From assembly GCF_037042905.1 (NCBI RefSeq), contig NC_087251.1, positions 40,798,001 to 40,862,000 on the forward strand: a stretch of 64,000 nt of DNA, given 5' to 3'. The translations under genes were made by a program, and so were the position numbers. This DNA comes from Lytechinus pictus. Its lineage: Eukaryota. Below the pieces are notes generated by a model. That model saw only the letters and a program-made list of their open reading frames with translations. It ran no database searches and had not been told where the DNA came from. Positions 1 to 11,184 of the stretch are shown here, in pieces (the stretch's first letter is position 1; each line of letters starts with the position of its first letter).

Positions 1-2010
1 TTACCCTTTATCTTACATTGTTTTCCTGATGAAGAATATTTCTGTGATAATAATAAGCATGCATTTAATTAATTCTGATCAGTAATAATAATAATCATTT
101 ATACATGAATTTTGGCTGATAATTTTTTTTTTTATTCTATACAAAATTATTTTAAAAGTAATTTTTACCCATGTGCGTGTATGATTTAATTTTTTTTTTT
201 TTTTTCTTCTTGTTAGCTTGTCTGGGCATAATGAACTTGGTCTCCATATATGCGCTAGACTTGAAGCAAAAATATGTACTCAAACATCATGATATTTAGA
301 ATATTTTTGTTCAGGCTTTATCAGGCAATGCATAGAAGGGGGCTGAGAAGCCCCCTCCATCCAACCCCCACTCACCCCACCCCTACAGCCACGTTTGGGT
401 ATACTTTCAGATAATATTTTATAAACAAAATATATCAGACTTACTAAGCTACAGATATTCTGAATTTGTCTTTTTTACTGTACTAAATTATCAGTTTTCG
501 TATGGATGTTAGTTTCTCATATCATGATATCACAGGCAAATCAGTTTTGACTATTTATCACTTCCTGTATCATATCCCCCACATATCTTCCCTCTGGTTT
601 ATTGCATTTTACTTATACTACATTTGTTTGTTTTAATTTTTGTTGTTTGTATTGTATTTGTTGTTTTTTGCAGTTTGTGATGTGATATTGATTTCAACCC
701 CATTTCAACTTTTGAGTTCATTATTATATGTCTTGTACGTTTTGTGATGATACACATTAATATAACAATGCCTTCAGCTTTGGCTATAGACAGATAACAC
801 ATAAAGCGCGATTTACACATATAAAGCAATACCTGCTCAGTGCATATTTATGTAATATTGACTTGCCTTGAGGGAAATACCACATATATTGCCCTACAAG
901 ACTCATATTACCCCAAGTTGCAGACGAGGGCAATATCTGTGGTATTTCCCGAAAGTAAAGCCAGTCAATTTTTTTCAGTATTATCCAAATCAGACATCTA
1001 GAGCGAACCAAATTGTCAAAAAATTACAGATGGAAATTTTTTGCATGTAATCTCAATGCGGAATTCACGTGTTCCATATTGTTACTTCGCTGCATGAGTA
1101 TCGCAAGCAAACATTTTATTGCCCTTCATTTCTAAAGTTCCCGGATGTGAGACCTTGGAAATACAAAGGTATATATTGCGTCATCTGCGCATGCAAAGTC
1201 AATGCGCGTATAGAGACCAAGCAAAATACAAACAATATACCTATCCCTTCCCGATATTCATAAAATCTAAGGCAATACGGTTCTGAAAATGACCTGCTCA
1301 GATGTCTGATACGGATAATAATATGCTGTATCCAGGGAGTAGTTGATGAATGTTGAAATATTTCATTGTCGTAATAATAAACTATGATTGATAGTATCTT
1401 AGAACTGCTAAGATGAGTACAGTCAAATCTGCTTTAAAAACCACTTGTTTGATTTCCCAATAATAATTTTCACCATGGAAAAAAAATTATTACAGGAACC
1501 TATTCATCCACAAAGACCATGTGATAAACAATACTTTTCTCTCATTTTGATGGTCTTTATGGACAGGATACACTTTAGCATGGTTTCTAAAGCAAAGTTA
1601 TATCTACCACATTAAATAAAAACATCATTTAATATTGTGGAGATTATAATTTAATAAATCTGACACATTAATCGGGCATTGCAAGTCTGTTTTCGGTGCC
1701 TGAATCAATCATATCTCTTGTAATTAATTGTAAATTTGTGATTGATTGCTTATCTGCTTCTTGAAACAAGAAGTGTAATATGATTTGCTACAGCTAAAAT
1801 TTATCTATTAATTGTAAAATTGCAAAAGAATATTTGCGATTGATTGCAAATATTTTCTTGCAACACCCCCTATGATGTCTACATGTGGAAATGCTTCCTG
1901 ATATCACTTTTCTTTCTTGCTTTGTTGAAATCCATGCAGTATGGTATGTGTATTGAGGCCGTTTGCTCTGGTATTTGAATGCATCTGTTTGTGTGTTTCT
2001 ATGACAACAG

Positions 2011-2168
2011 GAAGATGTCTCACGGGATGATGCATGAACTCCAGGAGAGGGAATTTGAAGAGCATTTAGGCCAGTTGCTCCGGAAGCTCAGTACCAAAGA
2101 CAACTCTGTAGAAAGGCGCAACCTACGCAACAGGGTCCGCAACAAGTTTCCCGCCACAAAGAGGCTAG
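2011..2168 (+). CDS. TTLL5: TTLL5 internal exon (..RKMSHGMMHELQEREFEEHLGQLLRK..TKRL)
   Basis: acag acceptor ending 2010 and G|gtagg donor at 2169. Open frame; phase-1 end fits the next exon. The peptide itself is not recognisably conserved. Confidence 0.7.
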
Positions 2169-2212
2169 GTAGGCTCATAACAGGGCATGCTCTGTCATCT
2201 TCTGACAAGGGC

Positions 2213-2293
2213 TGATGATGATGATGACGTTGATGATGATGAAGATGATGATGATGATGATGATGATGATGACGATGAGGAAGATGATGATGG

Positions 2294-2333
<40 letters not shown>

Positions 2334-2383
2334 GATGATGATGATGGTGATGGTGGTGATGATGATGTTGATGATACAATGAT
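2213..2383. repeat. (GAT)n microsatellite
   Basis: Imperfect trinucleotide run; explains the poly-D/H/S ORFs. Confidence 0.97.
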
Positions 2384-2771
2384 GGTATATTTAAGGGAGA
2401 TGTAGTGAGTCACGACTCTGTGATAATAAATTTCAGACTTATCAGTGGCATGTCCAGGATTCTTTTGACAACCAAATAAGAAAAGGTCACCACACCAACA
2501 TTTTGTACACACTTTTCTATTGGCTTTAAAAAAAAGGTCTCCCACTTAATCCGCCATGATGTTGTCACTAACTTGAGAATTAGATAAATCACTGGTATAT
2601 TGTTTAATGATTTCGAAGTCTGATTTTCCATTTCATTGTTACAATTGTTTCACAAAAATCTAATTGTAATTGTTTTGCACATATCGAATCATAATTTTGA
2701 ATGAAAAAAGTGTTTGGTCAGTGCTCATATTTTGCTTTGTTAACTTTCAATTTGATTTCCTTCCCTTTCAG

Positions 2772-3261
2772 CACCAAACCCCAGGACTGCAGTTCCGAGC
2801 AAAACTGAGGTGAAGTCAGAACCTTTACCGTCTAGGACACCTCTTGCCCAGGGCAAACTGGACCCACGGCCCCAAACAGGACAGAACAAAAACCCTGTGA
2901 AGCAAACTGAACCCGCTGGCCAACAAACTCATACCACAAACACTGCAGTAGCTTCACATCAACAACCACCGTCATCAAAACAAACCTCTGGTACATCACA
3001 GGTTAATATAAACAATACCAAGGGTGTAGATAAAGGAGGAGGTAGTGGTGGTGAAGGGACAAGTATAACTGGATCATCTGCTAACGGGGTGCAAGGTAAA
3101 CCCCCTGTTGGACCCAGTCAGGGATCAGGAGGGGTGAAAACAGAGAACAATGTTGGAGCCAGGATGGTTCTGGAGGTACAGAAACCAAAAGGTCCTACTA
3201 AAGAAGAGATCCGAGAGATGGTGAATGTCCCTGATATCTTGGACAGGGGCGGTGATCTAAG
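2772..3261 (+). CDS. TTLL5: TTLL5 exon, low-complexity linker ending ..VNVPDILDRGGDL
   Basis: ttccctttcag acceptor, AG|gtaac donor, phase 1 to 2. Joins in frame to the conserved LSKLQAR. Confidence 0.9.
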
Positions 3262-3683
3262 GTAACTTGAACCTCTTTTCCTATTCTTAAATGTTGTTTG
3301 AACAAAGCAGAAATATTCCAGACCTGCCAAACAGTATGATTTTAGTCGTATTAAGTACGATTTTTCAATAAGAATATGGGCGTACAATTTTGCTTTATTG
3401 TCATATGATTCTTTAAAAAAATTATTACGATCTACATAAATTTAATGTGTGGCGTTCCACAATATGTGTAGCATACCTAGCGTGCCATGGTCTATGTAAC
3501 ACTCTCGAACCTTCTCATACATGTTTTTTTAATGCATTATGTGGAATATTGTTTTATGTACTATGTAAGCTTTACCTCTTTTATTAGTACACTACTTTCT
3601 AAAGGAAAAAAATACTATACTGTTATGTAATAGTCCGGAACTGTTCAGATCCATCTTTATTTTATTTTGTCTGTAGTGTCCAG

Positions 3684-4475
3684 GGGCGGTATTCTGAGGT
3701 CATTTTATCTTTAAAATATTTTATTTTATCTCTTAAAATGAAATTGGTATTCTGAGATGACATTTTATCTCTCAGATAAATTTTTACTTTTATCTTGCGT
3801 ATCTATGATGATACGCAACAGAGCAGTGGCTGCGTAGACATTCCCATCGCGTATCTGGCCATTGCAACGCGGGTGATGTGCTTGCGCCCAAGTTACTTTG
3901 AAGAAAAAATAAAATAAACTTAAAAGAGGGTAGGGGCTATTTTATCTCCGCGACGTTGATTAAGTCAATATTTCTAGGTGAATTAACTCCAAATGTTGGC
4001 ATGAAAATTAAGAAAAATGATGAGAACAACACCTTAAAGTTATTCCTGTACAATCAGGTAGTATTCATAAGACTTTTATTGACTAATATTTTCTTTTAAA
4101 TGATGCTTCATAGATATAGACTTCGAAAAAAAATGAGAGTATTGCCATTTTTGTTAAAAAGAAATCTCTGTAAAGACGCGCAAGCATATAGTGCAAGCGT
4201 ATTTGAAGTCAATAAATTGACGCAATCTCACTCCTTCGCCACACCTCCTAGCGGAATGGATCTCCATTGGTTGAGTGATATGAGAGAGCTATAAAAGCGT
4301 GTTTCTAATTGGATATTTATTAAAAATAGGTGTGTCTTACAGAGATAAAATGAAGATAAAATTGTTCTCAGAACACCAATTCGAAGAGATTTTAAGGATA
4401 TTTTATCTCACTGATTTTAACAGAGATAAAATATTTTATTTTATCTGAGATAAAATGGATCTCAGAATACCACCC
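3684..4475. mobile_element. PIF/Harbinger-like MITE
   Basis: TIR GGGCGGTATTCTGAG../..CTCAGAATACCACCC, CAG TSD on both sides, repeated TTTTATCT/AGATAAAA subterminal motifs. Confidence 0.85.
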
Positions 4476-4647
4476 CAGGGCACATGATAGTAATCAACTA
4501 ATTGTGTAATTTAGCCTATGTAGTTCAGTGATAACTGGACCTATTCAGGTTTAACGACCGTGAACTCAGATTACCAGTAAAAGTGCTATTTGATGTCTGT
4601 GTATCATCACGATACATAACCATATTAATTGATTCTTGCCTGTATAG

Positions 4648-4768
4648 CAAGCTGCAAGCCAGGAATGCCTTTGCTACCTACCTTCTGAGAGTTCAACAGA
4701 GATTACTAGCCGAAACAAGCAAACCACCAGAGAAGCTAGATGAGACAGACCTACATGACGAACAAATG
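4648..4768 (+). CDS. TTLL5: TTLL5 exon (SKLQARNAFATYLLRVQQRLLAET..DEQM)
   Basis: tgtatag acceptor, ATG|gtaagt donor. Resembles the vertebrate TTLL5 segment LSKVQARIAFSAYLQHVQ..EQM (from recall). Confidence 0.95.
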
Positions 4769-5207
4769 GTAAGTAAATGATTCTAATCATTTCTAGTTTC
4801 TTATTCAAATACGGCCATTTTGCCAGAATGTCTTGTTGCTTGTAAATTCATAATGCCACAGTCTCATTGGCACAACTCTCCAAACCAACAAAAGCTATGA
4901 CATTATTACAGATGACATACTGTTTGGAGTTTGTTTCGTTGGTGTAACTGTATCATAAAGCATGGAAATCCCTTTTCTCACATAGTTGTTCATTTTAACT
5001 TGTCCAGTGGATTGGTATTGGGATTCATTCTTCTTCTATTGAACATTGTTTTTCTTTGTTAACTAATTTTACTTTTTACTACGTCCAGTGGAACTGTCTT
5101 CGCCTTAATCTCTCCTTATCCTTAAACATTGTTATTCTGTCTGAATGTATCATCTTATCCTTTGAAACCCATGCTATTCATTCCTTGTATATATATATAT
5201 ATAATAG

Positions 5208-5354
5208 GACCTTGTGTTGCGGTTCCTAAAGCGGGCAGCAAGCAATCTTCAACAGCAATTCAAAGTGATAGTGCCTAGTAGGAAGCTTCCCATTCACGAC
5301 AGGAGAAGAATCCTTGCAAAGCAACTAGTGGATTTTGTCCAGTTATATAGCAAG
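5208..5354 (+). CDS. TTLL5: TTLL5 exon (DLVLRFLKRAASNLQQQFKVIVPSRKLPIHDRRRILAKQLVDFVQLYSK)
   Basis: aatag acceptor, AAG|gttggt donor, phase 0-0. Strong match to recalled TTLL5 ELVVRFLKRASNNLQ..RRRILAHQLGDF. Confidence 0.95.
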
Positions 5355-5714
5355 GTTGGTATCGAACAAGGTTCTGAAGGTTTCCATGTGAAGAGAATGA
5401 ATCATCCATGGTACAACACGTTTCTTTCTTTTTTAGGACCTCTCCTTTTTAAGGTAGAATACATGGTGTACTGTGAAGTTCTAAACAAAGATGGCCACCA
5501 TCAGTGGTGCAGAAACATTCTTATCAGACAAAGCTAGGAGGGACGAGCTATCGAGTGTTAACAATTGCTCGACACCCAGCCCTTTGTCCGAGCAGAACGT
5601 TCCATTCCCCCTGGTTCTTTGAACTTATTGGCCCAAAGTTTTAATATAAGCAAATGTCAAATCAAATTATTTGTTTGAAGCTATGGTCTCAACGTGGCAA
5701 GCATATTTCCACAT

Positions 5715-5946
5715 CAGTCCGAATTCAAGAAGGTGGTTTTGAAAACCATCGGTGAAAACTGTTGGTTGAACCCATGGCTTATGTAGATTTCTTGTATAAA
5801 TTACATTTAATATACCACATACATATTAAAAAATGACAATGCTGGTGTACGCTTTTGTCACAGTGCGCCAAATTGACGCCTTTGCCATGATTGAGCATGT
5901 TATTTTATTCATTAGTCCACTGTTTTGAACAGTGGACTTGTGAATA
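5715..5946. mobile_element. MITE family member (inverted copy at ~16878-17113; fragment near 6345-6450)
   Basis: Reverse-complement similarity between the loci (e.g. GAAGGTGGTTTTGAAAACCATCGG, GTCACAGTGCGCCAAATTGA). Confidence 0.7.
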
Positions 5947-6062
5947 TAGTTACATAAAGAAATATTCAACATACAGTAAAAATCTCAATATTCACACAAA
6001 TTCTACATCATGAGAAAAAACAAAACATCAAATAAAAATGTTGTTTATCATTTTAGTGACAC

Positions 6063-6344
6063 ATAATAATAACGGCATATTTACCCAGGGTAGCCACGTC
6101 AGTTCCGAAAACTGTTCGCCCTGCGGGCCCTGCTATTATTATTACCCGGCTAAGCTAGGCTACTGATTCAGGTGCACACAGCTTTTTGAGGAATTATTTC
6201 GTGCCGGTACCTATTTACCTCATCTGGTTTGAATGCAGCAAAGTGGATAAATTTCTTGCTTTAGGAAAATGCCATGGCTAGGATTCGAACCCACGACCCT
6301 CTGTTTCAAAGGCGAGAGTAAGAACCACTAACCACGACGCGCCC
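6063..6344 (-). mobile_element. tRNA-derived SINE
   Basis: Minus-strand head with A box (TGGTTAGTGG) and B box (GGTTCGAATCC); body shared with the 27-kb copy; (TTA)n tail. Confidence 0.88.
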
Positions 6345-6948
6345 ACATGTGTTAAATTGTTACATGCATATGATTAAGCATAATTTATACAAAAAATCTG
6401 CATAACCCATGGGTTCAGCTGATGGTTTTCAAAACTACCTTTGTGAATTTGTTCCATTATGTTTCAGCAGTAGTGGTGTTGTAAAAGGACAACTTCCTCT
6501 ATTCACATGCTACACATGGGTGCCTAGCACATTATTTAGAGATAAAATTTCCAATCCCTTTTTAAAACCTTTTTTTTTCTCAAGAAAACATATACTTTAG
6601 ATTTGCATGAGGTTTGCTTTGGTTGTACTTTTGGCACTTTCTGCACCCATATATACTAAAATTTGTATAATGACAAAAGCATTTTGATGACTTTATTGCA
6701 TGCTTCATTTCCATTCATTTATTTATCTGTCAATCCTGTTATTAGAAATAAGTGCCCACTCTACTTTTTATTCTGCTCGTTTGTTAATATTTCATTGGTT
6801 TGTTTTAAATTTCATTGTCTCTTGGTCTGTACATGATTTTGTTTTTGTCATTTTCTTTTTTGTGAATTGGAAATGAAGAGTGAATTGACAAGGCACTGTA
6901 ATCAAATACGTCTTACAAAGGCGCTGTAATCAAATATGTCTTACAAAG

Positions 6949-7200
6949 AGTTACGACTGATCCGATCAATCGTAACTATGGAAATCCATCAGTGTCATAA
7001 TTTTTTCTATAGGAAATTTGCAAAATGTCCTTGGTAAACAAAGGAGAACACCCCAAATTGTCAAGAAATCAATGAATTTATGGATATGCATTGATATCTA
7101 GAATTTTTTTTGAACAAACGTGCATTTCATATGTTGACTTTGCTGGCTTTCCATAGTTGCGATCGATCGGATCAATCGCAACTCTTTGTAAGATGGGGCC
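6949..7200. mobile_element. Harbinger-like MITE with damaged left end (family copy at 44059-44329)
   Basis: Long TIR GTCTTACAAAGAGTTACGA../..TCGCAACTCTTTGTAAGATGGGGCC. Left end disrupted by a ~29-bp tandem duplication. Confidence 0.8.
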
Positions 7201-7273
7201 CTGATGGTCTGATGGTTCAATCTACTTGATAAAACTAATTATATTTCCTATTTCATCGTTGATGATTCTGTAG

Positions 7274-7398
7274 GAAACAGATGAGATGGAGAATAAGAAA
7301 CCCAAGAAGATAGTTAAACCTCACAATCATCATCAGTTTGAAGAGGAAGACGAGAGCATCGATGACAATAGGTTCTCTCATTTTGTTGGAGTGGCCAA
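7274..7398 (+). CDS. TTLL5: TTLL5 exon (ETDEMENKKPKK..RFSHFVGVA)
   Basis: ctgtag acceptor, AA|gtaagt donor, phase 0 to 2. Continues YSK-ETDEM like TTLL5 YNKETEQM. Not in the ORF track. Confidence 0.92.
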
Positions 7399-7495
7399 GT
7401 AAGTACTGACAAACTCAAATTATATACCGACTGGTGATTCATAAAGCCGTTTCTAAAGCCATGCATGACTTTACGCATGACTTCAGGCGTAACTG

Positions 7496-7654
7496 GGGGC
7501 CGTTTCATAAAGCTGTTCGTAAGTTAAGAACGACTCATGATCCTTTATTGTGGTAAATGGTATATTCATTGGCGATGGTTACGCGCGTAAGAAAGGTTCA
7601 CCAGTCGTTCTTGAGGTCGCTCTTAACTTACGAACAGCTTTATGAAACACCCAC
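7496..7654. mobile_element. Small palindromic MITE nested in an older related MITE (~7431-7768)
   Basis: TIR GTTTCATAAAGCTGTTCGTAAGTTAAGA; CTG TSD on both sides. Confidence 0.88.
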
Positions 7655-8250
7655 CTGGAACAGGTTCTTAGGTGCTCAGGGAGTCACGGGGATACATCAT
7701 GTAGCACAAGAAAAGATCACTAGCCGAATGTAAAGTTGTCTGTCGTCATTCATAAGTTACAAACACCATACAAGTACTCTATCCGATAATCATAGAATGG
7801 ATGGTAAATTACCACTTGGTATACACCCACTTTGTCTACGCTGTCCCATAGCCTATTTATCATTTAGATTAATTTCTAGATAAGCCATACCAATTTTGTC
7901 TGATATCCACTTGCTGTAACACCACTGAGTGAGTATAAACCAAATATTCATAAAACAACGTGCAAAAAGGTAAGATTTGGTGGAAATGAAACCATCTGGG
8001 CATTAGACTGAATGAGAGTTAGACCAATGGAGTTTTAGACCAGGTTATGGATGGAATAAATGACAATTAAACCAAATTGGTAGTTGAAAAAGTGGGTTTG
8101 GCCATGATGATAATAGGTCATCTGAAAATTAGGCCATCTGTTAGTAAAGTAAGTGGATATGTACCCAAATGGATCTCTCCATAAATCTTATCCGATAAAC
8201 GAATAGAATCTTTGATTTTATTTTAGGAATTGTTTTCCACAATGAATTTG

Positions 8251-8286
<36 letters not shown>

Positions 8287-8775
8287 CAATATCACATTTG
8301 GGAGGTGTACTGATTTGAAACCTTTTTCCCCGTGTGTGTCATTTGATAGGTAGTATACAAATATCAAGGAATATTTCATGAATTTTAAAGAGTTAATTTA
8401 TGACAAACACAGATTTTTTTCCCATCTTGATGTACATATCAGTGCTTATCATGGCAGAATTTATATGCATTGATTCATTTGATTGTTCTTGTGTGCTGCG
8501 ATGGCAATAGTCCAATATTGGAGCCTTTTTGTAAACCTTGTATTAAGTTCATTTATAAACTACTTAATAAATTAATTTGAAACTTTGAAAATTTCTTTTG
8601 TTAGAACCTTGTCCGATATCCTGTAATTTGGTGCAAATTCCTTATCCTTTTAGTCAGCATGTAAGCCAGAAGAATAACAGCAAGTTATATATCTTTGATA
8701 TAGGTCTATTACAAATTAAATACGTTGATTTTCAAGTGATGGCTAATACTGTTTTACATATTTCCTTGACGACAG

Positions 8776-9086
8776 CGAGAATGAGTTGGAGGAACTACTT
8801 ACTACGTACACCAAACAGAACAAATCAGCCAGCATCTTCCTCGGGACCAGTACCAACAATCCTAAATCGATATCAGAGATGATGTCACAACCTACCTCGG
8901 TCAACAATACCAACCATCCTCACCACAACAGCCATCAACATCACCAGCAGCAGGTACAGCAGCATCATCATAAGCATAGTAGCAATGCAGGACCGGCACT
9001 GTTGCATCGACGGTCAAGTTCTACAGAGAATTTACATACCGGTCATAAGGGTGGTGGAGCTGCAGGGGATACAGCCAAAGATATAA
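8776..9086 (+). CDS. TTLL5: TTLL5 exon (NENELEELLTTYTKQNKSASIFLGT + His/Gln-rich linker)
   Basis: gacag acceptor, A|gtaagt donor, phase 2 to 1. Matches recalled TTLL5 [22 protein letters not shown]. Confidence 0.95.
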
Positions 9087-9412
9087 GTAAGTCAGATATT
9101 TCATTATCAATTAAAACAGATGAAATTTTGAGAATTTTGTTACTTTTTTCCCCAATTTATTGTTCTTTTCTTTTTTAAACTTCTGATTGGCTCAGTAATT
9201 GGTGCTATTGCACCAAGAACAAGAATGTGTATACTCAACTTTGCTAGCAAACTTAAAGGTGAAGGCATAGATGAAGTTTATGATATGACGGTAAAGGTGG
9301 ACGTTAAGTTGAATTTGAAGATGAAGGTGAAGATTTGTTCTGAAGTATTAAGTTTATTTTGAAATGTGTTTAACCGTCTTTGGGGTTTTTTTTTTGGGGG
9401 GGGGGGTTGTAA

Positions 9413-9998
9413 AGGGGCAGTCAAGGTGAATGAAACCATGGGGATAAGTTAGTTTGTGTGAAAAAATATAAATCAAAGAAACTTATCAATGAAAGTTTGA
9501 GAATAATTGATCAAATAAGATAAAAGTTATGAATATTTGAATGTTGAGATCAGCAATAATGTGGACATCCATCCATTGGCAATGCAACCCAAAATCTGTG
9601 ATGTCACAATTGTTCAACTCTCCCAATTACTTTTATACATTATTTTACTTTTAATTATTACTTTTATCAAGTCCATAGGTCAAGTGGTTTTTTATGGGAG
9701 GACATGTCATAGAGGTTTTGTAAATATATAATGAACAGAGTTTGTACTAGCATTAGAATGATGTAAAATAAATGTTTTGGGGTGTATTTTCAGTGTACAA
9801 ATTTGAGAGTTATACTTCTATGACATCACAAATCTTGGTGGCGTTGCAAATCAGAGGATATCCATAGCATTAGTGATTTAGAAGTTCAAATGTTCATAAC
9901 TTTCCTATTGTTTTGTCCAATTGTTCTCACACTTTCATTGATTTTTTTTTCTTCCCTTTTGTACAAGCCAACCTTTTCCAAGGATTTCAGTCTTCTAG
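9413..9998. mobile_element. Degenerate Kolobok-like MITE (related copy ~41295-41854)
   Basis: AGGGG start, internal palindromy (AAAGTTATGAATATTTGAA vs TTCAAATGTTCATAACTTT), similarity to the 41-kb copy ending CCT|TTAA. Confidence 0.6.
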
Positions 9999-11112
9999 TT
10001 AACTGGTGATGGGGGGAGGGGGGAATCCCTAAAAATATTGATGAAATTTGACATTTCACATCTTTTCATCCATGCAATCCCCATCCTTTGTCCAAATTTC
10101 CATGAAAGTGTTTGATTTAGGTCAAAATTACCAAGAAAACATTGATTATTACCTTACTGTTTGATTCTAAAAGATTAATTTCTTCAGGTGATGTTAGACT
10201 GTGCTAACATGAAACATCAATGTATGCATGTGGTATTTGAATGAGACATACACTGTACAAGATCAGATTCTGGTTAAAATAACATGTGTCATGGTTAGGC
10301 ATGTTACAACATTTTCTGCTGATGGATAATTCAAGATTAAGTTACAGAATCATTTTTTATTTTAAACTTATTTATCATGGCTTTTTGGCTCCTATTCACA
10401 ACAATAGTGAAAGAATGCATTCCTTTTTCATTATCTAAAGAAATATTATTTTCAGTTGATGCTGTTTTTTATTTGTTTTGTATTAAAAGCAATAAGTAAC
10501 CCTCCAAGTTTTAAAAAGATTATAAAGGTTTTGCTTTTTGTATCATCTTTGTATAATATCACTTGTCAAGTATGCAATTGGGAAGATTGTACAAAACTTT
10601 TCAACATAAATACTGAATCTTTAAGATTAAATAAAAAATAAAATTATAACATTTTTGAGAGAGGTTATTGCTTCATATGAGCAAAATTCATACCTTCAGA
10701 AATAATCAACCAATGAAAAAAAATAGTCTCTTTACTTTTGTAATAGCTAATTAAAGTGATAATATTGTACAATATAATTCAAATTATTGAATGAATCTTT
10801 GCCAAAACTTTAGACAACCTTAATGAAAATGATCAGTTCAATTTATTTATTTCAATCATAGTAACCATAACAATATAATGTATAGAAGTAACATAACAAC
10901 AGATTTTCCTAAATTCAGAAAGATATGAAAGAAAATGAGACTAAAAGAAAGTTGCTTGCAAGAAGAGGTCATCTAAAATGTATTGATTTTTATATAAAAG
11001 TACAAGGAATAAGTGAATTCATTCAGTGAACAATATTGTACTGGATATTGTGAAAATTGTCATGTGAATGTTGGAATGCTAGTAGACATTTATTTGCTTG
11101 GATGTATTTTAG

Positions 11113-11184
11113 ATTTCAGCTCAATCCCAGCTAAGCATGGTATCCACTCAGCTAAAGCTCTTCAACACTACTATGCCGCAGCAG
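11113..11184 (+). CDS. TTLL5: 72-nt symmetric exon (NFSSIPAKHGIHSAKALQHYYAAA)
   Basis: tattttag acceptor, CAG|gttagc donor, phase 1-1. GC-richer island in an AT-rich intron; frame-preserving, so possibly a cassette exon. Confidence 0.6.

Noticed and set aside
780..1320. CpG-richer segment that may be a transposon remnant
   Set aside because: Could not define TIRs or a TSD.
2020..2545. Poly-His, poly-Asp and poly-Ser ORFs
   Set aside because: Translations of the intronic (GAT)n microsatellite.
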